Below are positions 61,040 through 64,000 of a DNA stretch of 64,000 nt, piece by piece. The notes under the pieces were generated by a model. It saw only the letters and a program-made list of their open reading frames with translations, was not told the DNA's origin and ran no database searches. A program made the translations under genes and the position numbers. How positions within the stretch are numbered: position 1 is the first letter of the stretch; each line of letters starts with the position of its first letter. The DNA is from Verrucomicrobiales bacterium (lineage in GTDB: Bacteria; Verrucomicrobiota; Verrucomicrobiia; Verrucomicrobiales; V1-33), in NCBI GenBank assembly GCA_031411295.1, contig JANOAV010000124.1, positions 1 through 64,000 on the forward strand. Reading direction: 5' to 3'.

Positions 61040-61957
61040 TTATCTGCCGCGGCCTTTGCGGTGGCGGATGCGTTGCAACATGAAATTCGTTAGCAATCCT
61101 TCTGCGCTCTGATCGAGATACGTGAAATGATAGTCCACATCGAACTCCCGGCAGCCGTGCTTGATCGCAGTCAGGTAATCCTGCACCGCTTCCCGATACG
61201 CTTCCCGCAACACCGTCGGATCGGTAATCAGATCGGATCCATTTTCCAGATCCACAAAACGAATGGGGCGCGAGAAATCAAAGTCATACTCTTGCCGATC
61301 CAGCAGATGGAAGGCGGCCACATCGTGCTTGTGGAACTTTAAATGCTTGAAGCACTCCAGCAGGGGCGCTGGCTCGGTCAGAAAATCCGAAATGATAATC
61401 ACCAAACTCCGTTTCTGAATCCGCTCGGCAAATTCATGCAGCGTCTGCACGATGTTCGATTCCCCCTGCGGCTTGGCATTGCCCAAGGTGTCATAAATCG
61501 TGCGCAAGTGGGTCGTGGTGTGCTTGGGCTTCAAGTCCTGCAACGCCTTCTCGGCAAAGAGGCACAGACCCACGGCATCCCCCTGGTGGCAAAGAATGTG
61601 GGCCAGGGAACCAGCGATCTTCCGGGCGTAATCGAAACGGGTGCCGCCGCCCGCCGCCGCCAGTTTCATCGAGGCGCTGGTATCCACTACCAGATAGCAA
61701 CGAAGGTTCGTGTCCGCCTCGAATTCCCGGATATAAAACCGGTCGGTTCGGCCGAAGACCCGCCAATCGATAAATTTTGGATCATCCCCGGGGACATACT
61801 TGCGGTATTCCGCAAACTCGACAGACGATCCCCGGGCCGCACTGCGGTGCAAACCGGACACGGAACCTAACATCGGCTGGCGCGCGCTAAATTCCAAGCG
61901 CGATAACCGAGCGATCATGCCCATGTCTAGAAAATCCCACTGGGAAGGCGTATTCAT
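61040..61957 (-). CDS. DUF58 domain protein
   Basis: GLHRS..GSSVEFAEYRKYVPGDD..IDW, DTSASM, IISDF. Confidence 0.92.
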   Translation of the reverse strand: MNTPSQWDFLDMGMIARLSRLEFSARQPMLGSVSGLHRSAARGSSVEFAEYRKYVPGDDPKFIDWRVFGRTDRFYIREFEADTNLRCYLVVDTSASMKLAAAGGGTRFDYARKIAGSLAHILCHQGDAVGLCLFAEKALQDLKPKHTTTHLRTIYDTLGNAKPQGESNIVQTLHEFAERIQKRSLVIIISDFLTEPAPLLECFKHLKFHKHDVAAFHLLDRQEYDFDFSRPIRFVDLENGSDLITDPTVLREAYREAVQDYLTAIKHGCREFDVDYHFTYLDQSAEGLLTNFMLQRIRHRKGRGR

Positions 61958-62141
61958 GAGTCCTCCTTGGTCTGGATTGGGTGAAATGACAACTGGTTTT
62001 GCGGGCGTGTCAGAATTTTTGGCAACGTGTGGCCTCGGTGTTAGTTCTACGTTGTTAAATAACGAAAGTAGTGCTGGACTGGGGTGTTCAAAATCAGACT
62101 TCTAACCGATGATTTATTACTGGCTGAGTGAAGACGGTATT

Positions 62142-62235
62142 GTCCCCGGCAGGGGACGCAGAAATTAGCCGGGGGTTGAGCGGAGCGATACCCCCGGAAA
62201 CCTCACAAAATGACCGCATCCCGGCAGGGATGCCA
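62142..62235. repeat. Multi-hairpin REP/MITE-like element
   Basis: GTCCCC-GGCA-GGGGAC, CCGGGGGT..ACCCCCGG and GCATCCC-GGCA-GGGATGC hairpins in tandem. Confidence 0.6.
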
Positions 62236-62288
62236 GAAAAGGATCGCGCTGGGAAGGATCATCCCGCTGGGCTGATCTGGAACCATTG

Positions 62289-62307
62289 AGTAGTCCAGCG
62301 GACTGCT
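62289..62307. repeat. AGCAGTCC-N3-GGACTGCT REP-like copy
   Basis: AGTAGTCC-AGC-GGACTGCT. Confidence 0.7.
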
Positions 62308-62340
62308 CCGCATTCCACCTGTTCCTCTGTGGAAATGATC

Positions 62341-63840
62341 TCAGGCGTAGCCAGCCCCATGCAGCGCCAGCGTCAGGTCCGTTTGCTGCGCCAGCTGAGC
62401 AGCGTAAATTTCCGTGTTAGCGGGAATCGGCTCGGCCCGGCTCGCTGGATCCACGGTGACCAGACGGTCTGCCAGCGCCTTCACGGACGTCTTCTGGCCG
62501 GATTCTGTCAGGCTCACGTAAGCGGCCTGAATGGCTGCTCCCAAGCCCGCGCCTTCAGAGGTAGCCAGTCCCACGACGGGGACCCCGAAACTGTCCGCCA
62601 CGATTTGTCTCCAAGTTGGGCTCTTGCTGCCGCCGCCGGTAATGCGGATCTCGCTGGGCTTCAGGCCCAGTTCCTGGAATCGCTGCAAGCCATACGCCAG
62701 GCCCAGCGTCACGCCCTCGACTGCCGCGCGCGCAATATTGGCCGGGTTCATATTATCCATCCGCAACCCGTGCAGCACCCCGCTGCCCTTGGGGAGATTC
62801 GGCGTGCGTTCCCCATTGAGATACGGCAGGAACGTCAGGCCGTTGGCCCCTGCTGGGCTCGCGGCAAAGTGCTTTTCCAAGGTGGGTAAATCCCACGCAA
62901 ACAGTTCCCGAACTTGCTCCGTGAGCACCGTCACATTCATCGTGCACACCAGCGGCATCCATTGGTCTGCGCTGTCGCAGAAGGCCGCCACTTCACCCTT
63001 GGGATCAATCATCGGCTGATCGCTGCAGGCGAACAACGTGCCGGAAGTCCCTAGGCTCACCGTAACCACCCCGCTCTGCACATTGCCCGTGCCGATGGCT
63101 CCCATCATGTTATCGCCCCCGCCCGCCGACACGACCACGCCCTTTTCCAAGCCCCAACGGGCTCGCAGCGCTTCCCGCAGTTCGCCATGGCGCTCCAAGC
63201 TACTGCCCAGCGGCGGCAACATTTCATGCACCCGGGGATCAATTGCGTCGATCAACGGAGCACACCAGGCGCGTTTTCGAATATCCAAGAGCCCCGTGCC
63301 CGAAGCATCGCCAAACTCCATGCGCTTCACCCCCGTGAGGTGGAAATTCAAATAATCGTGCGGCAACAGCACGCTCGTCACGCGGGCGAAATTTTGCGGT
63401 TCGTGTCGCTTCATCCAGAGTATCTTCGGAGCCGTGAATCCTGGCGGAATATTGTTTCCCGCCAATTCAATCAACCCCGCCGCGCCCCCGAATTGCCGGG
63501 CCAATTCCTCGCACTCCGCCACCGTGGAAGTATCACACCAGAGCTTGGCTGGCCGCACCGGTTGGTCGTCCTTGTCCAATGCCGCCAGACCATGTTGTTG
63601 ACCGCTGACGCCAATGCCACGGATCAATTTCCGTTTCTCGCCTAACTGCGCCACACAGGCCTCGATAGCCGCATCCGTCGCCTTCGTCCAGTCCTGCGGG
63701 TGCTGCTCCAAATGCCCCGGCGGCAGGTTCGGCACAAAATCATATTTCTCCGAAGCCTGCGCCACCACGGCCCCGGTTTCCAAATCAATCACGATGGCTT
63801 TGGTGGATTGCGTGCCGCTGTCGATGCCGAGGAAATACAT
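62341..63840 (-). CDS. xylB: Xylulokinase (FGGY kinase)
   Basis: GIDSGTQSTK, SGQQHG, LWCDT, FTAPKILW, GGGDN, LGTSG, PYLNGERTP. Confidence 0.9.
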   Translation of the reverse strand: MYFLGIDSGTQSTKAIVIDLETGAVVAQASEKYDFVPNLPPGHLEQHPQDWTKATDAAIEACVAQLGEKRKLIRGIGVSGQQHGLAALDKDDQPVRPAKLWCDTSTVAECEELARQFGGAAGLIELAGNNIPPGFTAPKILWMKRHEPQNFARVTSVLLPHDYLNFHLTGVKRMEFGDASGTGLLDIRKRAWCAPLIDAIDPRVHEMLPPLGSSLERHGELREALRARWGLEKGVVVSAGGGDNMMGAIGTGNVQSGVVTVSLGTSGTLFACSDQPMIDPKGEVAAFCDSADQWMPLVCTMNVTVLTEQVRELFAWDLPTLEKHFAASPAGANGLTFLPYLNGERTPNLPKGSGVLHGLRMDNMNPANIARAAVEGVTLGLAYGLQRFQELGLKPSEIRITGGGSKSPTWRQIVADSFGVPVVGLATSEGAGLGAAIQAAYVSLTESGQKTSVKALADRLVTVDPASRAEPIPANTEIYAAQLAQQTDLTLALHGAGYA

Positions 63841-63939
63841 GGGAATGGGAGAGTGGGAAAAAGTTAAAGAATTGAGCGTAGGCATCGTTGTAGCGGGATA
63901 ATCCCAAGATTCAACCTCAATTCAAATTAGGAAATTGGA

Positions 63940-63957
63940 AGCAGTCCGCTGGACTGC
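63940..63957. repeat. AGCAGTCC-N3-GGACTGCT REP-like copy
   Basis: TTGGA-AGCAGTCC-GCT-GGACTGC. Confidence 0.7.
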
Positions 63958-64000
63958 CCGCCCCCCATTCGCATCGCTAACCCAATTTTTTTGCTCGTTC

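Noticed and set aside
61454..61468. GTTCGATTCCC T-loop-like sequence
   Set aside because: Inside the DUF58 CDS with no cloverleaf
1..64000. CRISPR array, transposase, prophage or rRNA
   Set aside because: No regularly spaced repeats or hallmark proteins seen

Overview
GC-rich bacterial chromosome segment, most likely Verrucomicrobiota (PVC-type heme protein, PEP-CTERM protein, LTD/CotH giants, long uS11). It holds a nitrogen-oxide island (5.7-19.6 kb) with two converging operons: LysR plus a sigma54-driven NasS-like/nrtABCD/porin operon, and a Crp/Fnr-controlled nirK-cytochrome c/FGE-SCO/porin/truncated-globin operon that ends in an unannotated norD remnant between REP-like hairpins. Next come rapA and a split ribosomal cluster (rpmJ-rpsM-rpsK-rpsD without rpoA; isolated rplS), a HEXXH-VHL protease, a di-heme peroxidase-like gene, DUF255, Sel1 and a kinase/Hpt/REC-MBL phosphorelay. 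The last part has FG-GAP/ASPIC, two giant CotH-kinase surface proteins, queD, a PEP-CTERM beta-repeat protein, DUF58 and xylB. Other signals: several REP-like families, three gene remnants, a C-terminal domain shared by three secreted proteins, G-poor SD-less initiation regions and a possible excess of CTAAC/GTTAG. No tRNA, rRNA, CRISPR or transposase was seen. All calls rest on motif recognition by eye; no searches were run.
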